From: a virus
Lineage: Duplodnaviria; Caudoviricetes
DNA length: 64,000 nt
Virus record (IMG/VR): IMGVR_UViG_3300036845_000196
Span: 1,848 to 65,847 of that record
Direction: 5' to 3' (one strand)
A program made the translations under genes and the position numbers. The notes beneath the pieces were generated by a model, which had not been told where the DNA came from, did no database searches, and was given only the letters and a program-made list of their open reading frames with translations. Positions 17,876-27,906 of the stretch are shown in pieces; positions within the stretch are counted from its first letter, which is position 1; each line of letters starts with the position of its first letter.

Positions 17876-20131
17876 TCAACGCCTCCCACTCGGCGCATAC
17901 CGATACCTGATCCGCCCCAACCGCCAGAAACTCCCCGCATCCGACGATGCGACTTGTATTGCCATCTGCCTTCCCCTAAATCTCACCGACAACCATTCCG
18001 GCGATGACTGTGTCACAGTATAGGGTCCATAGACCGTAGGCGAATCACCCGGATAGTTCACCACAAGAAACGACAACTGGATATTGGCCGTCTGCGCCGC
18101 CCCGAAGAATCCCCACTTGAAGTCCGGCAATATCTGATCGATGAAGGCAAAATCCTCGCCTTCCGACAGGAAGAAATATCCCGTCGTAAAGGACACCGCC
18201 ATCGGCTGACCCGCAGCATCGTTCGAAGTTTCGTGCTGGTAGATCGTCCCGCCAGCCACCGCCCCGATCGGATTGCCTAGGATACTCTGATCTGTCCACG
18301 CCGATCTGGCCAAAAGTCCACAATCCCACGGCGCCCCCTGCTCCGTGATGTTGAACTTGACGTAGGAATCGTTCTCCCCCGACACGCTCGACGTTGACGG
18401 AAACTCCCAGCCCACCTCGTTGAACGGCGTGTTCGGGATCGACCGCACGTTCTGCTGGAACAACGGATTGATCCGTTGAAACACAAAATCCCACACCGGG
18501 CACGGGATCACCGCGACGCCATTGCTGGTCATGGAATAAAAATTACTCGGCCCCATCCAGTAGACGTTGCCTCTCAGTTCCATGACCGCGTGCGACGACA
18601 CCGCTCCCGCCCCAGCTCCGATCTTGTTGAAGCCGAACACGAACGGCAGTCCAGAATAGTTCATCGCCCACGCATCTTCGTCGGTGATGATGAGATTCTG
18701 ATTCGGCGTGGATAGTCCACAGATGATCTTGGAACCATTCGACAAACGATACGACCCAGCCTCCGTCGTCGCCAGCACCTGAAAATTCGTGTAGTCACCG
18801 ATGGTGGACCATCGCACCAGCAACGGGTCTTGGGTGATGCCGATGTTCTGCGCCACGGTGGAACCCCAGCACACCAATATCTGCTGCTGCGTCGAGACGA
18901 AGATGCCGCCATTGAAGAACGGCGCCGTGGCCACAAGACCAGCGGTTGAAAACCCGGTGTTCGGCGTCCACGCATAGACACCTCCGCCCATCGGACAGGC
19001 CAAATAAGTCTGCCCCCAATTATCCGAGGTCCAATCGGTCGCCGTGATCGGCGTGCCGGTCATCTGCCCCGTCGCCGCGCCAGTACCGAATCCCCCAGAC
19101 CCGAACGCACCGATGCCGAAACCGGAGCCACCACCCGCAGGTCCGATGTTGAGATAATAAACAATCTCCGCTTTGCCGGCGTTCATCACCACGACGGTGC
19201 TTGACGAAGCCTGCGCATTGACCGTGATCGAAAAATTATTAATGTCGGTGACAGACACCACGCTATAGGTGCCGACGATAGCCACCCCACCGACCGTTGT
19301 TGAAATCGGAAAGTTCACTGTATTGCCGACGACCTGGCCATGCGCCGCCAGAAACACGTTGACGGTGGCACTTCCAGACGTGGGCGTAAACACGGGAACG
19401 GAGCAGATAACGATATTGTCGCCGCTGCCAACACCGGCCCCCGCCGCGTTGTTGGTCATGACGATGGTACTACCGGTCGTTGACAACACCAGCGTACTCG
19501 CTGGAATCGACGCCGGCGTAGTCAGGTCGAACACCACCATATTGGCGATGACCCACGCGGGCGTCGCAACAAAGTGCAGCGTCGCATTGCCTGCCGCCGT
19601 TGTATTATTGGTGGCGAACGGATTGGTTTCCGTCGTCGTCGCGTTGGCTGCCGCCGTGATCTGATATTGCGTCGTACCTTGCACCAAGGTGACCGGATAA
19701 GCGCCGCTCAAAATCAAACCGCCGACCGAAACCGGCACGTTGAAATAAACCGAATCATTGGTCGTCAGCGTCGCGGTTAGATTGGGATCGATGATGGTGA
19801 CGATGGGTGAACTTGCCACCGTCGAAAAGTTCGGCGCGAAGTCCGATGTGAAAGTCTGCGGGGTGATATTCTGCAGCGACCCCGACGTGATGACGCCAAG
19901 CATGGTGGTCGTGCCGACGCCGAGGTGATTGATCTGATTCAAATCCTCCCAGGCGTGCAATTCGCGGGGAGTGCCGGCGACATTGGAATAGAAGATCGTC
20001 CAGCCGCCCAGTTTCTGCACCAAGCCGTCGCGATAGCGGATCAGTTGCGAGACCGACACACCGGCTTTGAGCAGCGTTGGCGTCTGCTCTACGTCAACTC
20101 CGGGGATCAGCGTGACCGAACCGTAAGGCAT
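17876..20131 (-). CDS. tail nozzle / packaged-DNA stabilisation protein
   Basis: 751-aa beta-rich protein; DPLLVRWS, RFRGRQMAI..WRLGRIR C-terminus typical of podophage nozzles. Confidence 0.75.
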   Translation of the reverse strand: MPYGSVTLIPGVDVEQTPTLLKAGVSVSQLIRYRDGLVQKLGGWTIFYSNVAGTPRELHAWEDLNQINHLGVGTTTMLGVITSGSLQNITPQTFTSDFAPNFSTVASSPIVTIIDPNLTATLTTNDSVYFNVPVSVGGLILSGAYPVTLVQGTTQYQITAAANATTTETNPFATNNTTAAGNATLHFVATPAWVIANMVVFDLTTPASIPASTLVLSTTGSTIVMTNNAAGAGVGSGDNIVICSVPVFTPTSGSATVNVFLAAHGQVVGNTVNFPISTTVGGVAIVGTYSVVSVTDINNFSITVNAQASSSTVVVMNAGKAEIVYYLNIGPAGGGSGFGIGAFGSGGFGTGAATGQMTGTPITATDWTSDNWGQTYLACPMGGGVYAWTPNTGFSTAGLVATAPFFNGGIFVSTQQQILVCWGSTVAQNIGITQDPLLVRWSTIGDYTNFQVLATTEAGSYRLSNGSKIICGLSTPNQNLIITDEDAWAMNYSGLPFVFGFNKIGAGAGAVSSHAVMELRGNVYWMGPSNFYSMTSNGVAVIPCPVWDFVFQRINPLFQQNVRSIPNTPFNEVGWEFPSTSSVSGENDSYVKFNITEQGAPWDCGLLARSAWTDQSILGNPIGAVAGGTIYQHETSNDAAGQPMAVSFTTGYFFLSEGEDFAFIDQILPDFKWGFFGAAQTANIQLSFLVVNYPGDSPTVYGPYTVTQSSPEWLSVRFRGRQMAIQVASSDAGSFWRLGRIRYRYAPSGRR

Positions 20132-20186
20132 TTTTTATTTTCTCTTAGGTCTTGTCAAGTCCGTAATGCCACGATACGGTAGCACC

Positions 20187-20726
20187 ATGAAGTGGAAACC
20201 AGTCGTCATCCGGGGCATCCTGCTACCATTTGAGGTCAGCGACATCGGTCGCGTTCGCAGCATAGACCGTCCGGATGCAATTGGAAGACGCCGCAAAGGC
20301 AAGTTAATAAGCCCCCAAATCGTTGCTGGAGGGTACGTGCAAGTAACAATTAAACATAATTTCATTACCTACCATCCCCTAGCGCATACACTAGTCGCTT
20401 TCGCTTTTCTTCCGCCGCCACCCTCCGAATACGGACGACACAAAATAGCGATTAATCACATTAACGGAGTAAAAACGGACAATCGACCTAACAATCTTGA
20501 GTGGGTAACTTATCGACAAAATAGTGAACACGCTTCACGCGCCGGCCTTATGTTGATCGGAGAAAATAACCCAAATTCACGCATGACGGAAATCGATGTC
20601 AGGAAGATGCGAAAGCTTCACGCCGACGGCGTCGCTATAAGAAAACTCGCGAGAGATTTCGGATACAGCCGATTTGCCATCAAACTCGCCTGCGACAGGA
20701 TTACTTGGAAACACATCAAAGATTGA
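20187..20726 (+). CDS. NUMOD4-HNH homing endonuclease
   Basis: WKPV..EVSDIGRVRS (NUMOD4); AHTLVAFAF..INHINGVKTDNRPNNLEWVT..NSEHA (HNH); antisense to the operon. Confidence 0.88.
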   Translation: MKWKPVVIRGILLPFEVSDIGRVRSIDRPDAIGRRRKGKLISPQIVAGGYVQVTIKHNFITYHPLAHTLVAFAFLPPPPSEYGRHKIAINHINGVKTDNRPNNLEWVTYRQNSEHASRAGLMLIGENNPNSRMTEIDVRKMRKLHADGVAIRKLARDFGYSRFAIKLACDRITWKHIKD

Positions 20727-21719
20727 TCTAGCTAGCACAGTTAAGAGAATGGCCGTTTTTATGAAAGTCATGCCGTGGACGAGGCCGGGCGGGATATTGC
20801 CGGACGTTCCAGTGCCGGAATTGTTGACCGACAGGTTCGTCGTAGCGTTGGCGGTCAAAGTGCCAAGTCCGCCGGTAGTGACATAGAAAAATTGCACGCC
20901 GCCGCCGCCAGCCGAAAGCGCCTGAGCCAAACCGTGCTGGTGACCCGGATCGGTGACCGTGTGGTTGTGTTGCTGTAGCTGCTGGCTACCTCCAGACGCG
21001 CCCCACGTCGTGCCGTTGATGCCGGCACCGGCCACGGTGATATTTCCAGCGGCACCGTTGGCACCCTGATTATCCAGCGGAATGCGATAGCGTGCGCGCA
21101 GATCGGGTACGGCAAATGTGGTGACGCCATTGCCCCCGAAGGCGGAGCCGACCAGCGCAGCGAGCGCCGTGAAAGTTGAGGTCGAATAAAGCGAGCCATC
21201 ACACACGAGCCACGGCTGCACAGTGCAACGCACAATCCACGCAGGGGTTGCCGATACTGCCAAATCCATGAACGACCCGACTTCCGGCATATCGACAAAA
21301 TCTATGTCGGTGCCATCAAAGTAAACGTGCGTTTTTCGTCCTGGTGGAGCAGAGATCGCGTTGCCGCCTGCGGGGTTTGGCTGCAACTGCACATTGAAAG
21401 CGGTGCCTACTACGCATTTATTCTCGATAATATAAAAACCAGGCAGCGTGAATTGGACGGCAATGTTTCCCGTGAGCGTCCCAGTGAATCGGATGAGAGA
21501 ATTCTGACTCTGATTTGGTCCCGCTGCGGCCGACACAACGCCGGTCGAAGGCGTCGTCAGTAGCACCGTGGAAGCCGCAGACAAGCCCAACGTCACCGCG
21601 CCACCAAAGCGTCCATCGAGCGCAATTGCGTTGCTATTTAAAGGCGAGTCCCAAGTTCCACTGTCCGAGCCGCGGGTCGGCGTGGATAACAGAATGTTGC
21701 CAGTAGTCGGGTCGGCCAC
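20577..21719 (-). CDS. tail fibre protein with tail-collar domain
   Basis: WLVCDGSLYST..L..LVGSAFGGNGVTTFAVPDLR collar motif; C-terminus runs antisense into the HNH gene. Confidence 0.75.
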   Translation of the reverse strand: MADPTTGNILLSTPTRGSDSGTWDSPLNSNAIALDGRFGGAVTLGLSAASTVLLTTPSTGVVSAAAGPNQSQNSLIRFTGTLTGNIAVQFTLPGFYIIENKCVVGTAFNVQLQPNPAGGNAISAPPGRKTHVYFDGTDIDFVDMPEVGSFMDLAVSATPAWIVRCTVQPWLVCDGSLYSTSTFTALAALVGSAFGGNGVTTFAVPDLRARYRIPLDNQGANGAAGNITVAGAGINGTTWGASGGSQQLQQHNHTVTDPGHQHGLAQALSAGGGGVQFFYVTTGGLGTLTANATTNLSVNNSGTGTSGNIPPGLVHGMTFIKTAILLTVLARSIFDVFPSNPVAGEFDGKSAVSEISREFSYSDAVGVKLSHLPDIDFRHA

Positions 21720-21732
21720 TGCACTTTTCCTT

Positions 21733-22458
21733 CTACGTTCGCGGCGGCGTCGCCAGCGGCGCCGGAGTTTTCGACGACCAGCCCTCCGAGGTGAATTTCT
21801 TCATCGCTTCCTCGGTCTGCGCCGATTTGAGCAGCGTCTGCGTATGCGCCATCCAACTCGGCCCCATCTGCGGGTTATCGACATAACCGGAGGCGCCAAA
21901 GTTTTGTTGATATGCCGACAAAAAACTCATCGAAGCCGCCAACGTCAAGTCTGGAAAATACACCGAAAGCAACGTGGTCACATTGGTGGACGACAGCGGC
22001 TTTGGTCGGTATGTGCCGACCACCTCAGCCTGATAGTTCTGATCCGGCCACGGCGCGATGATGTAGGTCGTCTGCGATGACGGCGCAAAATACTGCGGCA
22101 CGCCTGAGCCAACCGAACTCGGAAACGTAAAATCCATGAACTCGCGCGAGCTTGGCGTTAGCGCATTGCGCGTGCCGAGATTCGGGTTGCTCTGCCCAGC
22201 CGGGGTAATCGCATAAATATTATTGACCACGATGAACGTTCCATTCGCAGACGGCAACGAAAACTGCCGCAAGCCGGCGACAAACGTGGTCGATGAATCC
22301 GACGTGATGGTGTTGAGCAATTGCAGTTCGCGATAAAGCATTTGCTCCATGTCGTCGATCGTATTTGGGAGCGCAGCCTGAAAGCCGGGATCGTTCGAGG
22401 GGATGCCCTGGAGCATGTTGGCGAGGCTAGAGACCAGTGTGGAATAGTTGAGGCTCAT
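21733..22458 (-). CDS. head-tail adaptor-like protein
   Basis: MSLNYSTL.., G.PQYFA, IIAPWPDQNY motifs. Confidence 0.65.
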   Translation of the reverse strand: MSLNYSTLVSSLANMLQGIPSNDPGFQAALPNTIDDMEQMLYRELQLLNTITSDSSTTFVAGLRQFSLPSANGTFIVVNNIYAITPAGQSNPNLGTRNALTPSSREFMDFTFPSSVGSGVPQYFAPSSQTTYIIAPWPDQNYQAEVVGTYRPKPLSSTNVTTLLSVYFPDLTLAASMSFLSAYQQNFGASGYVDNPQMGPSWMAHTQTLLKSAQTEEAMKKFTSEGWSSKTPAPLATPPRT

Positions 22459-24167
22459 CGGCCCACCACCGTCCAATGAGACCCGTTATACCAACCCAGC
22501 ACGGTAGACCCCCCGCTGCCGGCGATGTTCGCACCAAATGCAGTGGTGTTGGAATCGGTGACGCAGGCTATCATGCCCGCTTGAGGCGCACTCGGCAACG
22601 CCGTGAACACGCTATTGCCGACGGCTGGCGTGGCTGAATCCGACAAACCCATTTTTTGCGAAAACCCGGCCGACATATTCGGCGGCCACGTCACGCTCTT
22701 GTCGCCGACAATCTGAGCCGCCCTCGTCATGAAAAATTGCTGGCCCGAGATTCCGGTCGTATTACCAGTGAAGGACAGCGGCCCACTGACGTCGATGAGC
22801 GCACCGGAATCGCCAACCAACAAAGCATTTGTCATTCCAAACGTTCCGTTGATGCGAAGCGCGATTTGCGGCTGGCAAACGGCCCGATCTGTAAGACTGA
22901 TAAAAGCTGAGGCCGTACCGCTCAGGCTATTTCCAACTCCAACATTTATTGAAACTTGATTTGACCCAGCTACGTCATTGCCGTTCGGACCATTCAGGCC
23001 AAAATCACAATTGTTGATATCGACGATGCAAAACTGACCGCCAGCATTGATAAAGGTACAGGCACTCGTTCCGCTATTCGAAAATCCAATTCCGTCAAAT
23101 CCCACGGAATTATAATCCGTCAGCGACAGCGCCGTTTGATGGTCTGCTATCTGCCACGCACACGCAGTTGCGCTGGTCAGGTTGCCAAAGATCGTGACCT
23201 GGCTGCCACCTTGCGTCAGTGCGCCGCTCACACTAACATTCTCGGCGACCGGAACGGAAGTCGTCTGCGGCAACTGAATACGAATCAAATTGCCGCCCTG
23301 TTGCAACGTCTGATTCTGAATGACGGAGAACGCGTGTTGTATTGTTTTGAAAGACCCAGTGCCGCCCTGCGCACCGAGCCCGTCGTTGACCGACGAATCG
23401 GTCCCATTGACATTATCGACGTTAAAGGTGATGGACGAGCCAACTCTCAGCGACCACGGTTGAATGCCTGGCGACACGATCCATTTGTTGTTGTCATTGA
23501 TAAGCAACAAACTCTGCTGCGGCCACAGAATCGAAGTCGCAATCCCGTTGAGCAGCATCGTCTTGCCGCGTCCGGTATCCTCGTTATAAATCTGGCACCA
23601 GAAATTTGACTCATAACCGCTTGCGGTATTGGCCGTCAGTTGAAACAGCGTGTTTCCGCCCAGAGCGATCAACTTGCCGAAATCCGTGGTGGCGAGCGTG
23701 TAATTTGCCGTCTGCGCGTTGCGGCCGAACAGCAAACTTGCCGGAATCTGCCACGATGGCGGCGATGTCGAGCCTTGGCTGGTGAGAACTTGATTTGCCG
23801 TGGTGGCGCCAACAACGCTCAGCGCGCTCGTTGCGTTGCCCAACACCACGCCATCAAGCGCAAGTGCGGCAGTGCCGATGCCGCCGTTGACGACGCCAAG
23901 CACGCCAGTCACGTTGGCCGTCGTGCCGAGATTGAGTTGCTGAAAACTCGGCGCCGTCGCCGTACCGTTAGCAATGAGCGGCAACCCCGTCGCACCGTTC
24001 GGCAGGATGTACGACGCCAGCGCGGACGCCGTCATCTGATAGTTGATGCCGTTAGATGCGTTGCCGGGCGAGACTACCTCCAGCAGTTCAGAGCCGGACA
24101 ACGAGCCCGTGAATTGCTGCAGCGAGGTCAGCCGACCGTCGGAGGGATATGTCGAGGGATTTGCCAT
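22455..24167 (-). CDS. tail fibre / spike protein
   Basis: LGVVNGGIG fibre motifs, FKTIQHA beta-helix entry motif, WYNGSHW C-terminus. Confidence 0.7.
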   Translation of the reverse strand: MANPSTYPSDGRLTSLQQFTGSLSGSELLEVVSPGNASNGINYQMTASALASYILPNGATGLPLIANGTATAPSFQQLNLGTTANVTGVLGVVNGGIGTAALALDGVVLGNATSALSVVGATTANQVLTSQGSTSPPSWQIPASLLFGRNAQTANYTLATTDFGKLIALGGNTLFQLTANTASGYESNFWCQIYNEDTGRGKTMLLNGIATSILWPQQSLLLINDNNKWIVSPGIQPWSLRVGSSITFNVDNVNGTDSSVNDGLGAQGGTGSFKTIQHAFSVIQNQTLQQGGNLIRIQLPQTTSVPVAENVSVSGALTQGGSQVTIFGNLTSATACAWQIADHQTALSLTDYNSVGFDGIGFSNSGTSACTFINAGGQFCIVDINNCDFGLNGPNGNDVAGSNQVSINVGVGNSLSGTASAFISLTDRAVCQPQIALRINGTFGMTNALLVGDSGALIDVSGPLSFTGNTTGISGQQFFMTRAAQIVGDKSVTWPPNMSAGFSQKMGLSDSATPAVGNSVFTALPSAPQAGMIACVTDSNTTAFGANIAGSGGSTVLGWYNGSHWTVVGR

Positions 24168-24172
24168 CGGTT

Positions 24173-24282
24173 AGGTTTTCTGGGTCACGAGGGCGGAGTG
24201 GCTACGGTGCGGTCACCATATCTCTGAAGACCGTTGACCGAGTCCGGTCTCTCCAACAAACAAACTCTCGTGAAACCAATCT
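24173..24282. mobile_element. Family-B empty cassette (arms 24173-24216 and 24233-24282)
   Basis: GGGTCACGAGGG..TACGGTGCGGTCAC, about 16 bp, then GTTGACCGAGTCCGG..CTCTCGTGAAACCAA. Confidence 0.7.
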
Positions 24283-24291
24283 TTCCTTTCC

Positions 24292-24732
24292 TTAAGAAGT
24301 TGCCGCCTGCATATAGATCGTCGAAGTCTCCAACGCTCGCGCCCGCGACGGTTGTTGCGTGTTCGGCACCGGATAGGCCGCACTCATTGTCGTGCCTTCC
24401 AGATATTTCGGCAGCGCATCGCCCACGCCGCTCGGATCGGTCGTATTGGCTTCATACATCCGCACCCACACTTCATCGATCGGGTAAGGCTCGATGCGCG
24501 CATTCGGGATAGACACCGGATCGGGCGGCAGGATGATGGAGCCGAGCTGGCGGTTTGGTACGTCGAGTTGATCGGCGAAGCATAGGATTCTTTTGTTAAT
24601 TAACTGCGTTCCGGCCCAATCGTATTGCCACTGCAAATCCACCTGATTCCCGATGAAGCCAGATTTATCATCTGTCGCCCATGCGCGCGGATGATTGGTG
24701 TCTGTTTGAGTTCGGCGAGGATGAGGGCGCAT
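24292..24732 (-). CDS. conserved virion-module hypothetical protein
   Basis: PRAWATDDKSGF..LQWQYDWAG..DPVSIPNAR. Confidence 0.6.
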   Translation of the reverse strand: MRPHPRRTQTDTNHPRAWATDDKSGFIGNQVDLQWQYDWAGTQLINKRILCFADQLDVPNRQLGSIILPPDPVSIPNARIEPYPIDEVWVRMYEANTTDPSGVGDALPKYLEGTTMSAAYPVPNTQQPSRARALETSTIYMQAATS

Positions 24733-24751
24733 TTTACCTTCCTACAACCTT

Positions 24752-25465
24752 TCAGCGAAAATAAGAATTCAAATTTGGCGCGAGAAGGAGCGGCACGTTT
24801 TCCGTATCCTGCGCCGCCGCGATTCGCCACGCTTCCTCCGCGTCATCTTTACACAATTTTCGGAACGTCAGCCCGTCCATTCCGGGCGGCGGTGGATAAA
24901 GCCGCGAGAACCGCGACGTGAGCCCGGACACCATGGCATCGAGCCAACGGTAGGGCAGGTTCGGCGTCTCACCCCCAGCAAGCCCGGCGTCCTGAATCTG
25001 CGTGCACGAGAAATAATCGAACGTGTATGGCCCATTGCTGTCCGGCACTGGGTAGAACGTCACGGTCGGCGCTATGAGCCTATCCATCCAATATACTGTG
25101 ACGCTGCCTTGAGTTTGTTGATTTGCGTAACTTAAATACTCAGTTCGGGAGATCGGCGTAATATATCGACGCGACTCTTGGGATGTCCCAAAATTTAGAA
25201 CCACGGAAGCATCAAGAATCAAAACAGTTTGCAAGGGTAAATTAATTGTTGCCACACCAGGCGTCAGAACGACCTGATTCCTAACAACGGACCATAAATT
25301 TACTTGCCGATTGGACCACTCAACAAACAACAAATTAATTTCGCGCCTCGCGGTAAGCATATGTTCTTGGCGAATTTCGGGGGCACGAATATAAACTCTC
25401 TCAAATGCCGCAAGGACACATTCTCCATTACTCGGACTGAATATAAAGGTGCCAGAACTAGCCAT
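24752..25465 (-). CDS. head completion / head-tail connector protein
   Basis: ARREINLLFVEWSNRQVNLW, ISRTEY, PYRWLDAMVSGL; AT-rich 5' part. Confidence 0.7.
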   Translation of the reverse strand: MASSGTFIFSPSNGECVLAAFERVYIRAPEIRQEHMLTARREINLLFVEWSNRQVNLWSVVRNQVVLTPGVATINLPLQTVLILDASVVLNFGTSQESRRYITPISRTEYLSYANQQTQGSVTVYWMDRLIAPTVTFYPVPDSNGPYTFDYFSCTQIQDAGLAGGETPNLPYRWLDAMVSGLTSRFSRLYPPPPGMDGLTFRKLCKDDAEEAWRIAAAQDTENVPLLLAPNLNSYFR

Positions 25466-26363
25466 CGCACCACTCAAACGATAAACCGGCCGCTGCGCCA
25501 CCCGCCACAGGACGCTTATCGCGCAGCGCGCGCTGGAGAGTATCGTGTTTCATTCCATAAAACCGCACGGCGGCTTTCATGCTTTCATAAACCACACCAT
25601 CAGTTAGACACCGGATCGCCTTCATTCGTTTTTTATTGGCGCCCCTCATATTGGTCAGCCATATCTCTAACGTTTCTGGCGTCGGCGCCTTGGGAGTGGG
25701 CCAGAATGGCCGACTAGCGGCGATCTTCGCAACGGTCTCGGGACTGCGCTTTTTACCAAGCCAATAGCGCGACGGGTTTAATGCGCGCGACGCCGTTCGC
25801 TTGGCAATGGATTCCGCTGAGAGCGTTGCGCCCAATCTTCCGCTAGGTTTCCCCTTGCGTGACTCACTCATTCTCTTTCGCGATTCTTCGGAGTGTTTCC
25901 AACCTTGCGGGCCAGACAGGCCACCAGCGGCGATATTGTACTGCGGCTTATGCTGTTCGATGAGTTCCCTCTCACGGCGTAAAGCGGTTTTGGTATCAAC
26001 ACACGCTTCTAAAATCGAAAATTCAAAATGTTCGGCGCCGTACTTCCGCAACGCTCTGTTAAATGCCCCTTCATAACCAGCCCTCGCGGAGGCCCGATGC
26101 CCGCGCGACCGGACGCGCAAACCCCTTGCGGTCATGCCAATATATCGCTTGCCGTTTATCTTGTTAACGGCTTGATACACAATGATTAATGGACCATCTT
26201 CCATATCGGAAATATAGCACAAATCGGGAACTTCCGCAAGTCTTCCGCAGCGCCTGATGTGTTCCTGGCGCAGTTCCGGCGCGCGGATGTAGACGCGCTC
26301 GAAGGCGGCGAGGACGCATTCGCCGTTCGAGGGGCCGAAAACGTAAGTGCCAGAACTCGTCAC
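25458..26363 (-). CDS. GIY-YIG homing endonuclease with NUMOD3 motifs, fused to a copy of the connector N-terminus
   Basis: IVYQAVNKINGKRYIGMT, ALRKYG..F.FSILE, YNI, KHSEESRKRMSESRKG. Confidence 0.85.
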   Translation of the reverse strand: MTSSGTYVFGPSNGECVLAAFERVYIRAPELRQEHIRRCGRLAEVPDLCYISDMEDGPLIIVYQAVNKINGKRYIGMTARGLRVRSRGHRASARAGYEGAFNRALRKYGAEHFEFSILEACVDTKTALRRERELIEQHKPQYNIAAGGLSGPQGWKHSEESRKRMSESRKGKPSGRLGATLSAESIAKRTASRALNPSRYWLGKKRSPETVAKIAASRPFWPTPKAPTPETLEIWLTNMRGANKKRMKAIRCLTDGVVYESMKAAVRFYGMKHDTLQRALRDKRPVAGGAAAGLSFEWCDG

Positions 26364-27272
26364 TTAAAATCCCCAATAAGCGTGTTGATTGCTATTAAGC
26401 GCCGTGCGCTGGGTGCCGGTGAAGGCGACGTTGTCCCAGGCGCCACCTTCTGTCATTTCGGCTGTAACAGTCCCCTGCGTAAGGCCCACCAAAGGAGCGG
26501 CAGTAGTTGTAGAACCTGTTGCTGTGTTAGTAGCCTCCGTTCCATCTACATTTAAGACAGAACTTGTACCAGTGATAACTCCGTTACCGGCGTGCCAGGA
26601 GCCATCTGCAACACTGGTTCTCGCAACAAATCCAGACGTTCCTCCAACTATTCTCCATACGTTGGCGGCGGCGTTCGCGATAATTCTATTTCCCGCCGCG
26701 GCTCCGCCGGCATTTTCACCGGCAAACACAAAAGCCGCCGTGCCGGTTGTACGATTGGCAACTGTACTGAGAGAAACCACACCAGTTGCTGGTGTGAAGT
26801 TCCCAGAGGCAGACATTGTAGCAGATGAATTTGAAAAATTAAGACACGGCAACGCGCCGAGCGCATTTAACACCACCGCAGGCTGGTTAGCCGCCGTCGG
26901 CTGCACGACGTGATTACCGTTGCCGGTTTGGTCATACAGCTTAGAACACGTTCCCGTTGTCGCCGCCAAAAACGTTGTCAACGTCGCAACGTCGAGATTG
27001 CCGTTGGCAAGAACATTGATCGTGATGGTCGTGCTATCCGAAGCCCGAAGCACGTCCATCGCCGGATTGTTGCCCGGCGCCGCATAGGCTGCGCTATAGC
27101 CGCGCAATCCCCACCACATCGAAGCGCTGGCGACAAGATCGCCAGGTCCGACATAACTGGCTGGAGGCGCGGACGTTCCCGGCAACACGGTATTATCGCC
27201 CGTTGGCGCACCGTTGACGATTCCTGCCGTACTCGCCGTCAGGACCGAGTTATTTCCCGTCGGATCGGCCAT
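26364..27272 (-). CDS. concanavalin/LamG-like carbohydrate-binding virion protein
   Basis: WWGLRGYSAAY, LYDQTGNGNHVVQ, DGSWH, LNVDG motifs. Confidence 0.6.
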   Translation of the reverse strand: MADPTGNNSVLTASTAGIVNGAPTGDNTVLPGTSAPPASYVGPGDLVASASMWWGLRGYSAAYAAPGNNPAMDVLRASDSTTITINVLANGNLDVATLTTFLAATTGTCSKLYDQTGNGNHVVQPTAANQPAVVLNALGALPCLNFSNSSATMSASGNFTPATGVVSLSTVANRTTGTAAFVFAGENAGGAAAGNRIIANAAANVWRIVGGTSGFVARTSVADGSWHAGNGVITGTSSVLNVDGTEATNTATGSTTTAAPLVGLTQGTVTAEMTEGGAWDNVAFTGTQRTALNSNQHAYWGF

Positions 27273-27276
27273 AAGT

Positions 27277-27906
27277 TCACCGCCGCCGTCGCGCCTGCAT
27301 CACGCCGTAGACGGCGGTCGTTGAAGTCGCAAACGTCCCCAGCGCATTCAAAAACGTGGTGCCAGCCGCAGCAAGACTGATACGCGTCGGCCCTACATTC
27401 ACGCCGGTATCGACGCCACCTGTGAGCCCCGCACCCAAGCCAAGTTGGAATTCGGCGCCAGAGGTCAGGCCCGGTAACGCCGTATTCGAGACTGTGCTGA
27501 TGCCGACCGCGAGACCTGTCAGCACCGTGAGAGATTGGACGTGAACGAAGCCGGAGCCCCACACATCCCAGTCGCCGGCGCTCAGCACCATTGATGCGAC
27601 GCTGGTTGCCACACCATTTGACATAAGAATCGCCGACGCAGCCGATAGCGCCACGCTGGTATATTCCCCAACGTTGCCCGCAGACGCAGCACTTGACGTG
27701 GCCACACCGGGAATTTGGCCAAGGATTGCAGTGCCCGCTGGGCCGATCGCCACACCGTTCGAACTGATGACCAGGATATTCGTCGTACCGCCTCCGCTCG
27801 ACAGGTCGCCGCCAAATGCGGGCATGACCGTAGAGGACAACGTTCCCGTCGTGAGATTCGACGCGTTATTCGGAACCTGACTATTGATACCCGTCGGGTC
27901 CGCCAT
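27277..27906 (-). CDS. virion structural protein
   Basis: ASAGNVGEY, LSAGDWDVWG, terminal ARRRR. Confidence 0.6.
   Translation of the reverse strand: MADPTGINSQVPNNASNLTTGTLSSTVMPAFGGDLSSGGGTTNILVISSNGVAIGPAGTAILGQIPGVATSSAASAGNVGEYTSVALSAASAILMSNGVATSVASMVLSAGDWDVWGSGFVHVQSLTVLTGLAVGISTVSNTALPGLTSGAEFQLGLGAGLTGGVDTGVNVGPTRISLAAAGTTFLNALGTFATSTTAVYGVMQARRRR

Noticed and set aside
20577-27906. Diversity-generating retroelement acting on tail fibres
   Set aside because: No reverse transcriptase and no adenine-mismatched template/variable repeat pair noticed.
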